Shown here one piece after another: positions 22,697 through 36,689 of a stretch of 64,000 bases of DNA. Source of the stretch: Lama glama (Eukaryota); assembly GCA_028534125.1 (NCBI GenBank), contig CM052816.1:58964001-59028000 (forward strand). The letters run 5' to 3'. The number at the start of each line of letters is the position of its first letter. Position 1 is the first letter of the stretch. The notes under the pieces were generated by a model. It saw only the letters and a program-made list of their open reading frames with translations. It was not told where the DNA came from and searched no databases. The position numbers and the translations under genes were made by a program.

Positions 22697-25600
22697 AAAA
22701 GCGATCAGCTCAGAAAACACTAAGCAGAATAAATATCTGCTTAACATGTTATATTCAAACTAGAGAACACCAAAGACAAAGAGAAAACCTTGAAAGAAGC
22801 CAAAAGAAAGAATATCTTACTTGTAGAGGAAAAAGGATAAGAATTGCAGTAAACTTCTCATTAGTAACCATGTAAGCAGGAAGAGAGTAGAATGAAATAT
22901 ATAAAGGGTTGAAAGAAAAATCTTACCAAACTAGAATTCTATATATGCTGAAATTATCCTTTTAAAGTACAGAAGAAATAATGGCATTTCTGAATAAACA
23001 AAAACTGAGGGAATTTATGACCACCACAGCTTCCTTGCAGGAAGTGTTAAAAGAATTTCTTCAGGCAGAAGGAAAATGATATAGGTTAGAAACTCAGATC
23101 TCTATAAAGAAAGAAAGATTATTGGGAAGGAGTAAAGATGGTATCTTTTATTTACCTTATTCTTAGTTGATCTAAAAGATACCTATTTACTTAACATAGT
23201 AATAGTAACTATGTATTGGGTGATTATAGCGTATGGATAAGTGAAATGAATGACAGCATTTTCATAAGAGATGGGAAGGAGGAATTAGAAATACTCTAAG
23301 TTACCTGCACTCCTAAATATTTAGGAATAATTCGAATTAGAAATTAAAAACACCATGTATAGTAGCAAAAAAGTAAATATTGAGTGTAAATCTGACAAAA
23401 TGTATACAGGAACTATATTCAGAAAACAACAAAACTGATTTAAAAAAAAGAAAATCTAAATAAATGGAGAGATAGTCTATATTCATGGATTGGAAGATTC
23501 AATATTGTTAAGACATCAGTTTTCCCCCTCAAAATCTCAGCAAATTATTTTGTAAATGTTGACAAACTGATTCTAAAGTTTATATGGAATAACTGATACA
23601 ATACTGAAGAACAGACACACAGATCATTGGAACAGGCAAAAGATCAGAAATAGACCAATGCAAATATAATCAACTGATCTTTAACAAAAGAACAAAGGCT
23701 ATTTAATGGAGAAAAGATAATATTTTCAACAAATGGTGTTGGAACAATTGAATGTCCATATGCAAAAACATAAGCCTAGACACAGATCTTACACTATTGA
23801 CAGAAATTAACTCAAAATGTATCATAGACCTAAGTGTAAAGTGCAAAGCTGTAGAAATTCCAGAAGACAAATTAGAGAAATTCTAGGAGGCCTTGTGTTT
23901 GGATGAGTTTTTAAATACAACATTAAAAGCACAATCCATGAAAAACTGATAAATTAAACTTTATTAAAATCAATAATTCAACTCTTTGAAAAATATTATT
24001 AAGAGAAAGAAAAGACAAGCCGTAGACAGGCAGAAAATATTTGTAAAACATACCTTATTAAAGACTTGTATAAGAAGTGTCCAAGAACCTTTAAAACCCA
24101 ATAATAATAAACAACCCAATTAAAAAATAGAAAGATCTGAACAGATATCTCACCAAAATAAGATGTGTAGTTGGCAAGTAAGCCTATGGAAAGATGCTAA
24201 ACATCATTTATTATGAGGGAATTGTAAGTTCAAACAGCAGTGGGATACCACTCCACACCTATAAGAATGGCCGAGATCCAAAGCCTGACAATACCTGACA
24301 ACACTGCTGACAAAGATGTGGAACAAAAGAAACTCTTACTGCAACATTAGCCAGCCTCGTTGAAAGCTAGAACAACAGTTTCTCACAAATTTAAATATAG
24401 GTTTTCCTTATGATCTAACAAGCATGCTTGTAGGTATTTACCCAACTGATTTAAAACCTTTTACTGTTACAGAAGTCTGCACATGAATGTTTATAAGTTT
24501 TATTCATAAGCACCAGAAAATTAGGAATAACTAAGATGTCCTTCAATAGGTGAATGTATGAACAGACTATGTTGCAGTCATACAGTGGAATATTATTCAG
24601 TGATTAAAAGAAATGGGCTATCAAGGTATGAAAAAGCATGCATGAATCATAAATGTATATTGTTAAATGAAAGAAGTTGATCTGAAAAGACTATATACAG
24701 TATGATCCCAATTATTTGACATTCCGGAAAAGACAAACTTATAAAGATGGCAAGAAGATCAGTGGTCGCCAGGGATTTAGGGAGTGGGGATCTAAGGGTA
24801 ACACATAGGGCATTTTATAGGGTGATCAAACTATTCTGTGAGACACTGTAATGGTGAGTACATGACAAAATGCATTTGTCAAAACCTACAGAACTTTAGA
24901 GTGCAAAGTGTGAACCTTAATGTTCTCAAATTAAAAAAATGATTTAGGAAGTCAGGAGATGCCAGAGTGGAATGGAAAACGTGACTCAACAATCTAGCTG
25001 CATTATAAGTGTGTGAAACCATCTCACTGAATGGGGTGGAGGGAAAAGGTGCTAACCTGAGTAATTTTGGAAGGGAGCGGAGTCTGTAGGACTACAGGTA
25101 AATAAAAGTGTATGTAAGCACTATACTCTAGTAAATAAAGTTGTTTCCCATGGGAGCATGGATTAAAAATTCTGATACTTCTATAATGTGTGCTGAAATT
25201 AAATGATTAAGTAAATGGATGGTGCATGATGGTGGCCAGTTTTCTTACTGTTGGAGTGGGGTTACAGATAAGCGAGAGGAAGAGGTTACAATGATTCTCA
25301 TAGTAGGAGAGTCAGAGGTATCAGTGTGAATTCATGTTTTGCTTAATATAGATTTGGATGATTACATGTAGTAATGTTTGTTTATAGATATGATTGTATT
25401 CATGGGTTGGTATATACACATATATTTCCTTGCTCTGTCAGCTGAGAATGGCAAGAAGCACCACCACCCCTGTAGCAACCAGTACACCTAGCACCTGGGT
25501 CTTGGTTCTAACACCATTTTCCAATATAGGTAATAAAGAAATAGCTGATTCTAGCACTGAAACAGGATCAGGGCAAGATGATCCTGGAACATCTTGTTAT

Positions 25601-27225
25601 ACCAGGAAGTAAGGAAATTCTTAAAAAAAAACAAAACAAACCAACAACCTCCCCACCCTCAATAATCAGGGTATGCCAAAGGGACATAGGAATCAATGGC
25701 AAAATGTGGAACAACTTTTTTTTTTTTGACTGAAGTATAGTTGGTTTACAATGTTATGTTAATTTCTGGTGTACAGCATACTGATTCAGTTATACGTATA
25801 TATATCCCTTTTCATGTTCTTTTTCATTATAGGCTATTACAAGATGTTGAATATAGTTCCCTGTGCTATATAGTAGGACCCTGTTGTTTATTTATTTTAT
25901 ATATAGTAGTTAGTATCTCCGAATCCCAAATGCCCTATTTATCCCACTACCCTCTACTTTGCCCTATGTTAACTATAATTTTGTTTTCTGTATGAGTCCG
26001 ATCCTGTTTTGTTAATAAGTTCATTTGTGTCATTTTTTAAAATTTCACATATAAGTGATATCATATGGTACTTTTCTTTCTCTTCTGGCTTATTTCACGT
26101 AGTATGACAATCTCCAGGTCCATCCATTATCTCTCTCTCTCTCATAACTTTTTTATGCAGTCATCTGTCGATGGACATTCAGGTTGTTTCTATGTCTTGG
26201 CTATTGTATATAGTGCTGATATGAATAATGGGGTGCATGTATCTTTTTCAAATTAGAGTTTCCTCCAGATATATGCCCAGGAGTGGGATTGCTGGATCAT
26301 ATGATAAGTCTATTTTTAGTTTTTTTGAAGAATCTCTATACTGTTTTCCATAATGGCTGTGCCAAACTACATTCCCATCAACAGTGCAGGAGGGTTCCTT
26401 TTTCTCCACACCCTCTCTAAAAGCTGGAACAATTTGAGAACCAAGATAAATAAAATAACATTGGATCGTAACCCAAAATATAAAATAAATACCCATGAGT
26501 TTATACTGATATAAACAATTGGTTAGTAAATAAGTGGGAGAGAGTACAAATCTTCCATGTAGAAGGATTCCAAATAATTTATTAGATACTCTGCTCTCAA
26601 GGAGGGGGATCTTACTCTCCACACTTCAGTGTGAGCTGAGTGTTCCAAAAAGCACAGCATGGAAAGGTGGGATAAGTAGTAATGTCACGGTGGAGAAATC
26701 TGACTGGAGCTGGGTGATCAAGATTAACATCAACATAACATCAAGTTATGTCGAAAGCAGGTACCCTTGAGATGATGTGATGAAAAATGTACTTTACTTC
26801 TGGGATCTTTCTCCCAAGGACATATAACTCCAGTCTAATTATGAAACAAATCTCAGCGGAGAAACATTCAAAATACCTGACTAGGATTCTGCAAAACTGT
26901 CAAGGTCATCAAAAACCAAGGAAAGTCTGAGAAACTATTACAGCCTGGAGGAGTCTAAGGAGACATGACTGTTAAATGTAATAAGGTGTCGTGGATGGGA
27001 TCCTGGAACAGAAAGAGGACATTAGGTAAAAACTCAGGAAATCTGAATGATTTAACTTTAGTTAAAAATAATATATTAATATTGGTTCATTAATTGTAAC
27101 AAATGTACTGTACTAATGTAAGATGTTAATAAAAGGGGAAACTGGGTGTGGGGTATATGCGAGCTCTGTACTATCATTACAGTTTTTTCTGTCAATCTAA
27201 AACAGTTCGTTTTTATAATAAAAGA
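22697..27225 (+). mobile_element. Old L1 (L1MC/L1MD type): ORF1 end, deleted ORF2 pieces and long 3'UTR
   Basis: ORF2 motifs (TTCATGGATTGGAAGATTCAATATTGTTAAG, CAACAAATGGTGTTGGAACAATTG) and L1MD-type 3'UTR (GGATGGGATCCTGGAACAGAAAGAGGACATTAGGTAAAAACT). Confidence 0.9.
25718..26418 (-). mobile_element. Younger L1 3' end inserted in the old L1
   Basis: PolyT then artiodactyl-type L1 3'UTR; ORF 26248-26622(-) includes [16 protein letters not shown]...[11 protein letters not shown]. Degenerate TSD AAAATGTGGAACAACTT (25701-25717) / AAAAGCTGGAACAATTT (26419-26435). Confidence 0.92.
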
Positions 27226-27414
27226 TAATTTTTGGAAATGCCTTCTGGGGTGGAGATATGGTAAATTCAGCCACTACTCCAGAGTCTGAAGAGAGGCATT
27301 TTACCTGCAGGAAACATGTACTGAAAGACCTCAGAGCCCGTGGCATGTAATCCAAGTTCTGAATGTTCGCCTATAATGTGGGATGTCCTCTCAATGGCCT
27401 CTGCCATCTACACT

Positions 27415-27880
27415 CAGTGGTATGGGACTGGGGTGAAGCTACTGTGCTGGAGGCATTCTGGTTTTGCCATAGTAATTGAGGGATGCACAACTGGCACTTA
27501 GTGGGCGAGAAGCAGAAAGTGCTTAATATCCTGCACTGTATACAACGGCCTCATGCAAGAATTGTCTCACATCTTGCACGGCACCTCTGTACTTCTATTT
27601 AGGTGGAAAACCTGTTGAAAATGATCCAAGCCCAGACTCAATCCACTTTTTAATCTATAAACACTAAGCATTTTTTGCATGCTTTTTGTACACATTGTAT
27701 TTTCCAAGAATGTCACTGTCATGTAAGTCCAAGAGAAGACTGTAATTTGCTTTGTTCAGAAGAGTTCACCTTTTTGGAAAAATTGTACCAGTGAAAGTAA
27801 TATGGCTTTTGATATTTGAGTCACCAATACAGCACACTTGAAAAAGCTTTTGATTTTGTGGTGTTTTACATATAAATAGA
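27415..27880 (+). mobile_element. MER20B-like hAT-Charlie element
   Basis: CAGTGG start, CTGGCACTTAGTGGG...AAGAATTGTCTCACATC...TAGGTGGAAAACCTGTT...AGCCCAGACTCAATCC. Confidence 0.6.
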
Positions 27881-28059
27881 GTAACAATGTAAGCTATTAT
27901 CCACACTGGACACTTTCAAGTATGAAAACTTTCAAGACTGGTATTGTCCCAGGAAGACTGGGTGATACAAGGGAAACTGCAAAATATAGTTTTAGGTTTC
28001 CAGCCCCATAGTACAGGAAGATGTACCACAGAGAGATTAGAGTAAATGTTGAATGGGAA

Positions 28060-30360
28060 AATCCACCAATCCTTGGTGATGTTTTTGTCTGTTGATCTAT
28101 CAGTTACTGAGAGGTATATAAAATTTCCCTCTGCGATAGTGGGTTTATCAGTTTTCCTGTGGTTCCTTCAACTTTTGTGTTCTATTTTTGAAGTCCTAGT
28201 TTTTAGGGGCATACAGTTCATAAGTGTTATACCTTCCTAGTGAATAGAACCTTTCATCAATTTGCAATGACCCTTTTAATGTGTAAGTAATACTATTTTG
28301 TCTAAAGATGTATTTTGCCTAATATGGTATCTCAGCTCTCTTTCAATTAGTATTTGCTTGGCTAATTTCATCCTTTCATTTTCAGTGTTTCTGCATTCTT
28401 AATTTTTTCTTTTTTTTTGTGGTTAGCATATATCTGGATTTTTAAAATGACAACTTTTGCTTTTAGCTGAGAATTTAATTATTTATATTAAATCATGATT
28501 ACTATTTGTTTTGAATTTATCTTACCTCATGTTTTTTCCCCATGTTTTCAGGGTTTATTTCCTCTTTGCTGCCTTTTGTTTTATATTGATTTACACCAGT
28601 TACCCTGTTTTTCTACACTGGTTTGGAAATGATATACTCTTTAAATTGCTTTAATGGCTACCCTAGAAATTTTAACAGATATATTTAATTTATCAGTGTC
28701 TAAAGATAATTAATATTTTATTCTTCTTCTGTACAAGAAATCAAGAGCCTTAGCTTCAATCTTCTTTTCTTCTTTTAATTATAAATTATTATTGTTGTGA
28801 CATTGTTTTAGTTCTACATTGATCATTTAGCCCTTCAAATGATCATCACTGTTGCTATTTATTTTGTCAATATTTATTTATGTTTATCCTATGTTTACTA
28901 TTTACTTTGTTCTCCAGTCCTTCTTGTATCTAAGACTTACTTTCCAGAATCATTTTCTTTCTTCAATATATCCTTTGGTGAATATTTCTTTAGTTCTTTA
29001 GTGAGTTTCTTTAGTTCTTTAATGAGTTTCTGCTGGTAGGATATTCTCTTGCATTTTGATTTATTTGAAAATAACTTTCACTCTCAGTCTTTAGAGTAAA
29101 TTTCCTTTGGTGGAGAATACTATGTTGATTTATTTTCTCTCAGCTCTCTAAGCTTATTTTACTGAGTTCTAGCTTATGTAGTTGTGAATGAGAAATTGGC
29201 TGTCAGTCTAATTTAAATTATTTATAGGTAATCTGATTTTTTTTCTCTTCTCTTAGGTTGCTTTAAGAATCTCTTTGCTTTTAATGTTTGCTGTTTCACT
29301 ATAATAGGTCTAGGTTTTTTGGTTTTGTTTTTTCCTTTTTTTCCCTTGGGGTTTTTGAGCTTCCTGAACCTGCAGATTTTCCCCTGGAAAAATTCTCACT
29401 CATATTGCCTCTACCTCATTCTCTTACCGCTTTTTAGAGAGCAGATTAGACATATGTTAGACCTTCTTATTCTATCCTCCATATCTTTTAACCTCTGGCA
29501 ATTTTTTCATCTCTGTATATCCATGCTGTATTTTGTGTATTTTTTTCAAGCCTCTTTTTCAGTTTACTCACTCTCTCCAGTTTTAAACAGTTCTACTCAT
29601 TAACTGAGTTTATGCTTTCACTTCTTGTACTTTTTCATTTCTAGGAGTTCTATTTTGGTATTTTTCCAATCTGAATTATTAATTTTGATAAGCTTTTTTA
29701 TCCTTTTAATGGAAAAAACCTCTCAAAAATTACTCTCAAAAGTTAATTTCTTTAAACACATTACATGCACTTATTTTGTATTCTGTATCTAATAATTATA
29801 ATATGTGCAGTCTGTATGGTTCTGATTTAGCAATTTTTTTCTTTCTTCTCTGTCTTGATCATGGTAGCTTGTTTCCTTGTGTGTTTGGTGATTTTTATTT
29901 AAGCTGATGTTACTGGAAACTTTACCTATGAGAATTCCTGAGGCTTGAGTTTTAAGTGTGTTCCTCCAGAGGAAGTTTGCTTTGCTTTTGCATGACCCAC
30001 TCAGGACTATTTAAAATGAAAATTTCAACATGAGTTTTTCAGTCTACACATATAGTGTGAATTTTGTCTGCCAGAACGTGAACTTGTGTTTTGGGGTTTA
30101 ATAGGGAAATCAATTTTTTCCTGTTCCATCCAGAATCTAGTTTGAATCAGATAGTATCTTTATAGATTTTGGGTTTGAAATTATTTCTTCATTTCAAGAA
30201 TGATCCTTTGGGAATTCTAGCTTTATGCAGCAGTTTCAGATCTGACCTCCAACCCTGTCCAAGTCCAGGCTGAGTCTCTTGTCCCTAGGGCTGATTAAAA
30301 CCCAGGCTCTAATCTGTCAGGAATTGGCAGATTCCCCCAAGATTTTAGCGCTCACTTACC
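28060..30360 (-). mobile_element. Old L1ME/HAL1-type 5'/ORF1 region
   Basis: T-rich antisense motifs GATCTATCAGTTACTGAGAGG, GAGAAATTGGCTGTCAGTCTAATT, GACATATGTTAGACCTTCT, GTTCCTCCAGAGGAAGTTTGC. Confidence 0.75.
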
Positions 30361-30519
30361 GCTCTGTGTCTGAACCACTTTATGTGCCTAGCACAGAAAC
30401 CTACATTGATTTGAATTGCGTGAGAGAGATAAGAGATTCTTTCCACAAAACTTTCTAAAGTGTAACAAGGGGAGCAAAGGCTACAGGAAGGGATCAGCGT
30501 AGTGTAAGGAAGGCTGCTC

Positions 30520-30640
30520 CCAAATAAAATGAGCTATTTCATGAGGTGGTGAGCTCCCTGTTACCATAAGGATTCAAGGAAAAGCTACACAACCGCTTAT
30601 TGGGGGTGATCTGGTATAGAAGGTTGGATTGGATTGAACA
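30520..30640 (+). mobile_element. CR1/L3 3' end fragment
   Basis: TGAGGTGGTGAGCTCCCTGTTACC...GGATTCAAGGAAAAGCT...AGAAGGTTGGATTGGAT. Confidence 0.5.
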
Positions 30641-31749
30641 AGAATGCTGCCTCCCTCTCCTTCTACTTGCTGATGCTGATCTCATGCCAGACCAAAGCTG
30701 TAATACATTCAGGAAGGCGACTCCTCTAAATCACGGGCTTGCCAGGCCTGGTCTCTGCCCGTAAATGGCTCCTCGACACCTGGCAGCAGAGCTGTCAGGG
30801 CCTGACGGGCTGCGCCAGAGCATGCATTGCCTGGGCTGCTTGGGTCTGCTGTTCACGTGGCCACCTCTCTGGGCTCTGTCAGGTGGCCATGGTTTGTCTT
30901 GGCCACATTGCTGTCAAGGGGGAGGTGTACGGGGGGCAGGATGAGTGAGCAACAGGTGTTACCAGGAGTCTAGACAGAAAAGTATCCTTAGAGCCACAGG
31001 AGCATTCATTTAAAATAGCTCTTCCCTCAAATATTCTGGTGGCGCTGGGCCCGTCTGTGCTGTGGTTTGAGATCATTTGGCAACTCTCATTCTTGCAATC
31101 AGAGAATGGCTTCTGGGGCTATAAAATCATCAGTGAGCTAAGCCAATTAGCTCAGCCAGAAGAATGATTATACGCACCAGCTCTAGTACCAGGGTAACTT
31201 TATGCAAGCTGGTTTTACAAAGTCTTAGTGTTTTTGCTTGCCCTTGTTTTCCTCTAGGGCAGTTGTAATTTAACTGGGATGAGGCCCCGTCAGGTGACAC
31301 CTTTGGGTGCTTTTTTAATTGCCTGTGGAGAAACTGGGTGAAAAGTGTTCACACTCTCATGCTTGGTGTCATAAGAAGAAGAGGATTGCCCTGCAAACAT
31401 GGGTAGTTTGTTTTTATGAAGAAAGTAGTAAAATCTCCTTTTCCTGTTTGGGAGAAATTGGAAACTCTCTGAGAACTCAGTCATGGGGGACTCTATCAAG
31501 AGTGATGGGGGCCTGAGGGCACTGCATGGAACCCAGGCTGATAATGAGGTTAAAGCCAAGGGGTGGGGACTCCTCCACATTAGTGCACATTAGAGCTCTG
31601 GGGTATATGGAAGAGTGTGGTCAGATAGTGTAATGGTATTCTGAAGTATAAAGGGCAGTGAGTTCATAGGTGAACTTGAAAAACAAGAGCTGAGTTTGTA
31701 GTGGGATTTCCCACCCCGCCAAATAGTTTCTTTTTCATTTTGGCCCTTG

Positions 31750-32270
31750 TTATAATAACACCTTGAATTGTGCATAGAAAAAAATTAGAGATAAAACAAG
31801 ATTATAAAAGCCCACCCTTCCAGAAAAAGATGCTAGTAACACTTTGAAGTATATCTTTCCAGATCCTTTTCTGTGTGTGTGTGTGTATGTTTCTTTCTAC
31901 AGAAATAGAACCGTACTCTTTTTCATCTGATTTTCCGAATTCTTATATTGATTCAGCTGACAGAGATTTAAAGCATGACTAGCATGTGCTGGGTCTTGTT
32001 CTAGACACTGGGGGTATGTTGATGAACAAAACAAATCCTTTTCCCTCATAACATTCTAGGACACATTCTGTAGTGAGCATCTTGTCTTGTCCATAAATCC
32101 ATTTATGGGACAGCATTTTTAAGAGCTACATACTATTCCATGATACAGGTGGACTTTGATTTCTTTGTATCCCATGGCTGGAAATTAAGATAGTTTGCAA
32201 CTTTTTGCTCTTATGCATAATGATTTGATGAACATTTTGGTAGCTAATATGTGTGTAGATCTTTGTTAGA
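31750..32270 (-). mobile_element. Old L1ME 3' fragment with an L2 3' end inserted (~31950-32060)
   Basis: AACACTTTGAAGTATATCTTTCCAGATCC and GCTACATACTATTCCATG surround ATGTGCTGGGTCTTGTTCTAGACACTGGGG...GAACAAAACA. Confidence 0.55.
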
Positions 32271-33029
32271 GTAAAGGCTATAATGGAAAATTAATAAAAC
32301 TAAATGTTCCCTCTGGTAGGAGGAATAAATGTGTACTCTGGTTGTGACCTGATTATTTGGAGACACTTGAGCTCAAAGGGTATCACTGACAGGCTTGGCT
32401 GACTGCATGGCTTGGGTTGGGGCGGTTGAGCCACGTGTGGATGTGTTTCAGCTGACCCAGGTGGACTGCCTGGCAGTGCTCAGACCTATGGATCAATTAA
32501 GGACATACATGGGTTCAGGTGTCTTTAGAGGCCCAGTTGCTTTCCTTGTGATTTTAAAAAATAAAGATATGCTGCTCCATGATGCTAAGCTACTTGAGAT
32601 TATATTTTAGCAAAGCAAAGGATTCTATGCAGCACACACAAAGAAGTTGGGTTCAGCCTGCTTTTGTGCATTGAGGGCTGGGCATGGATGGTGAGGTGTA
32701 GAGAAGGAATGGCTTTCGTGGAGACCTGTCTATATACTGGGCCCTTGTGAGCAGAATGGGAGATGAAGCAATGAGGGGGAGCTGATCAGAGGAATCCAGG
32801 GTTGCTTTCACGGGGCTCCCTAACTTTGTGGATCGGTATTCATGGGGCTTCAGACTATCTGTGTGCTTCCATGGTATATTCTTGTGCTCACTGGAGAAAG
32901 GGCATGCCTCCCTTTGCTGGACAGTTGCTACCGTTGGTGTATAAGCCCAAAATATGGGAATACTTTTTTAATACTTACTTCTTTTACATCCCCTCGCTTC
33001 ACCAAATTATGTCCAGCCTGCCAGACAAA

Positions 33030-33600
33030 GTCTCTTGAATGCCTCACCCCCTCTCACTTGAATAATTGCAGGAGCTTTCATACGGCTGCTGGCTTCCACT
33101 TCCCTCCAGCCCATTTCCCACACCATGACCTAAGTGATCTTTGTGATATAAACTTTGCATTACATTACCCCCCTTAGAAACCTCCAATGGCTTCTTGTTG
33201 CCTACGGGGTGAAATCCAAACTCCTTAGACACTGGCCAATCGAAGTTGCCTGGCCTACCGGACCAGTCCTGTCCCCAGCCACACCCTCATCCACTTTCTC
33301 AGCTGGGCACCACTTCCAGCTACCAAGGAGTGACACATTCATCCAGGCCTCTGTGTGCCTGTACATGCTCTTCTCTTCTGCCTGGGGTGGTTTCCTCCCT
33401 TTGTTCCTTTCACATCCGGGCACCGTTGCATTATGTCCATTTTTGTAGTCTTAACTTAGCACACTGCTCATTTGATTGTCTGCTTGTATGTATCCCTTGC
33501 TGGACTGTGAACTACTTGAGGATGAGGCCTGAATCTTGTTCATTTTTGTATCTCCTCTCCCATAGTGGTGCTTGACATATACTGGTTGCTGAACATTGGA
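33030..33600 (+). mobile_element. L2 LINE 3' region
   Basis: CTTAGAAACCTCCAATGGCTTCTTGTTGCCT...AAATCCAAACTCCTTAG...GGACTGTGAACTACTTGAGG...CATAGTGGTGCTTGACATA. Confidence 0.85.
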
Positions 33601-34014
33601 GGAGTTGACACAATTTGGGTGGCAAAAATGTTTTCTCTGATGCAGATCTAACTAGATAGAATGTGTTTCTGGTGCTTAGTTCTGATGTGTATTTTTAAAC
33701 ATCTTTAAAATATTTTTATTCTAAAGATAATTAATTGTGTTACATAAAGGATGTTTAATAAACAGAGTTGATTCTCACACACGCTCTCTCAGACACATGA
33801 TTTGATGCTGCAAACACACACACAAATTATTCAGCTAGTAAGCGGTGAATTTAATACAGGGGCTCTCTGATTTTAGACTGTGCTGTTGACTTCTATATTC
33901 TAATGCCCAGGGGTGCTGATGTTTTGGGCCCAAGAGAAGGAGTTGGAAATGAAGAGAAAGGGAAATACAGAAAAACCCTCTATGACTATCTGTGTTTAAA
34001 TAGACATTAAAAAA

Positions 34015-34140
34015 TTGGCAGTTGCTTTCTCTTTTAGTGTCTCAGTTTCCATATATGTCCAATGTGAATAATACTATTCTCCCTTGTAAGACAGTTATAA
34101 GGGTAAATAGGATAATTTATTTTGTATGGCAAATGCTAAA
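34015..34140 (+). mobile_element. MIR SINE fragment
   Basis: GTGTCTCAGTTTCCATATATGTCCAATGTGAATAATA...GTTATAAGGGTAAATAGGATAAT. Confidence 0.6.
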
Positions 34141-34929
34141 AAGTAGCAATTACATTTATTTTCCCTTTTCTCTTTCCACATGCTTAGGAATCTGTGAGTG
34201 GGCCCTAACAGAAATTTTAAGTTTTTGCAGAGGGAAAGCGCAAGACTTGTTTGTAATTGATGAGAAGTAGACAGCTATTAAATACTCCTTCAGGAGTATC
34301 TGAAGACATCTATATACCTTCTTTCCTACTTCTCTTTTTAACTCCGTGAAATTCCACAGTTAAATTTCACCTAAGGCCATGATAAAATCTGTGAGCTGAT
34401 ACCCTTGCTAGAGTTAATTAGTTAAAACTTTTACTTTATTCCTCCATGGGATTGAGTTTTGGGTTCCTTTCCTGAAAAAGGATTGTTACTTGAGCAGGAG
34501 ACCTTGGGCTAAGTTTGGGGAAGAAGTGCATGGTGAGGAAAAGGCTGAAGAAATGAGGTAGTGGAATAAGGAATTCTGCAGAAAACTGCATTGGATAAAT
34601 TATCCAGGATTGGCCACCTACCTTCATTCTTCCTGCCATCTTGTGTAGGATTTTCTCTTGAACTGTTTCTTTAATATTTTATTTCAATCCTTTGATACGA
34701 TTCTAATTGTCAGCTTACTTCTCTGGGAAGTATGTGATGAGGAGATTTGCTGGGGAAAGTAGGAGGAAGAAAGAACCTTATTAGTTCAGTATGCATTCTG
34801 GAGATACTAGAGCTGAGCTTACAGGTAGACCCAGGACAGGACACAGCCCACAGGGCAGAAGTGATGGGGGACAAGATGACTTCTCAGCACAGGGGATATG
34901 GTGGAGAACTTCAGTTTCCCCAGCTGCCA

Positions 34930-35278
34930 TTTTTTTTTTAATGTGGTAAAATACACATTACATAAGATTTACTATTTTTAAGCTTATGGTTCAGTGGTGT
35001 TAAATACATTCATGCTGTTGTTCAACAATCACCACCATCACCACCATCCATCTCCAGAACTTTCTTCATCTTCCCAAACTGAAAATCCATACCCATTGCA
35101 CAGTAATTTCTCATTCCTCCAAACCCAGACCCTGGTAAATACCATTCTATTATCTGTCTCTGTGAGTTGGACTACTCCAGGTAACTCACATGACTGGAAT
35201 CATACAATATTTGTCCTCTTATGACTGTCTTATTTCACCCATTAGCATAATGTCTTTAGGACCCATCCATGTTGTAGC
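34930..35278 (-). mobile_element. L1MA/L1MB 3' end
   Basis: PolyT, GTGGTAAAATACACAT...CCATCCATCTCCAGAACTTTCTTCATCTTCCCAAACTGAAA; TSD CCAGCTGC at 34920-34927 and 35281-35288. Confidence 0.9.
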
Positions 35279-36231
35279 CTCCAGCTGCTTCTGGAACTGC
35301 TTTGGAAGCAGGAGAATGAGCAAGTTGACCACTGACTGGTAGGCCCCAGGCCCTGCGCCTGAGTTCAAGAAGAGGGTGCCAGGGTGATCATTTCCCTTTC
35401 AAGGAGATTGGTGATGGCATTGTTAGCATTTCCTAGACCCCCAGGAAAAAACTAGCTGGCCGTTCTCTTTGTTCTTAGCCTTCCCCTTTTCAGGGGCCAT
35501 CAAAATCCAAAGCAACCGACTCTTCCAACTGAAAAGCCTCTTCAGGCTTGGCAGTGAAGCTGGGCACCATTGGTAACCAGGACAGACTCTGCTCCCATTT
35601 AGGAATTAGGCCACAATTGACCATGTTTGGACCCAGTTCATGTTTTGAAATGGCCCTCCCCTGCCTGCAGTGGCTTCTGCTCCCTGAACAATGTGTGGCT
35701 TCTGTGGGAGGCTGTAGAAAGCTTGTCACTTTATGTGCTGGTCATGCTGACAGCCACGTGGGGGTGTTGGCAGAGCTGTCCCGTGGCTGCCAGTCTCCTG
35801 GACGATTGCCTTGGTCACTGCTTGGAAGTCTTGTCATGTCTGATACGGTGGGGTCCAGTTTCTAGAGGAAGAGCTCCTCTGGGATTTGGATGAAATCTGG
35901 GTTGTCCTGTCCTATCCTCAGAAAACTCTGAGCAAGCAGCAACTGTAATTAATACTTGGGGAACCATGCCCACTGGAGGGTTAACTCCTGTCAGCCCAAT
36001 GTTCTGAATGGGTGGAACACATGGTGTCGATTGGGTGCTAGCCATGCTTGGTAATGAAGAATTCACTTTACTTCTTTCGGCCTTAAGGTTAGTCAAGGAT
36101 AGAGGCCCAGAAATAAAGTCGAGCCCTCCAAGCCGCCTCCCACAGCTCTCATGGCTTTGCTTTCTCCTCCCCTGGGGGATTCATCCCATTTCTAAGTTGC
36201 TTCTATATATTTTCACTTCTGAGTAAGACAA

Positions 36232-36674
36232 TTTTCATATTACTTTTTAAATTTTTAATACTTTTTTTTTACACATTTTAAAAAAGAATTGAAGTATAGT
36301 TGATTTACAGTGTTTCAGATATACAGCAAAGTGCTTCAGTTATACATACATATATATCTATTCTTTTTTCAGATTCTTTTCCATTATAGGTTATTGCAAG
36401 ATATTGAAGATAGTTCCCTGTGCTTTACAGTAGGTTCTTGCTGTTTATTTATTTTACATATAGTAGTGTATATCTGGTAATCCTAAATTCCTTATTTATC
36501 CTTCCCCCCTTCCCTTTTGGTAACCATAAGTTTGTTTTCTATGTCTGTGAGTCTATTTCTGTTTTTTTAATAAGTTTATTTGTATCATTTTAAAAAAGTT
36601 TCCACATATAAATGATGTATGGTATTTGTCTTTCTCTGACTTCCTTCACTTAGTCTGATAATCTCTAAGTCCAC
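36232..36674 (-). mobile_element. Artiodactyl-type L1 3' end
   Basis: ATTGAAGTATAGTTGATTTACA...TAGTTCCCTGTGCT...GGTAACCATAAGTTTGTTTTCTATGTCTGTGAGTC; TSD AGTAAGACAA at 36222-36231 and 36675-36684. Confidence 0.92.
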
Positions 36675-36689
36675 AGTAAGACAACTCTT

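Noticed and set aside
28986..29030. Short tandem duplications (also ~9498-9530, ~11857-11888, ~45351-45370, ~62327-62355) as CRISPR-like or functional arrays
   Set aside because: Only two units each with no repeat-spacer periodicity; ordinary slippage products in mammalian DNA.
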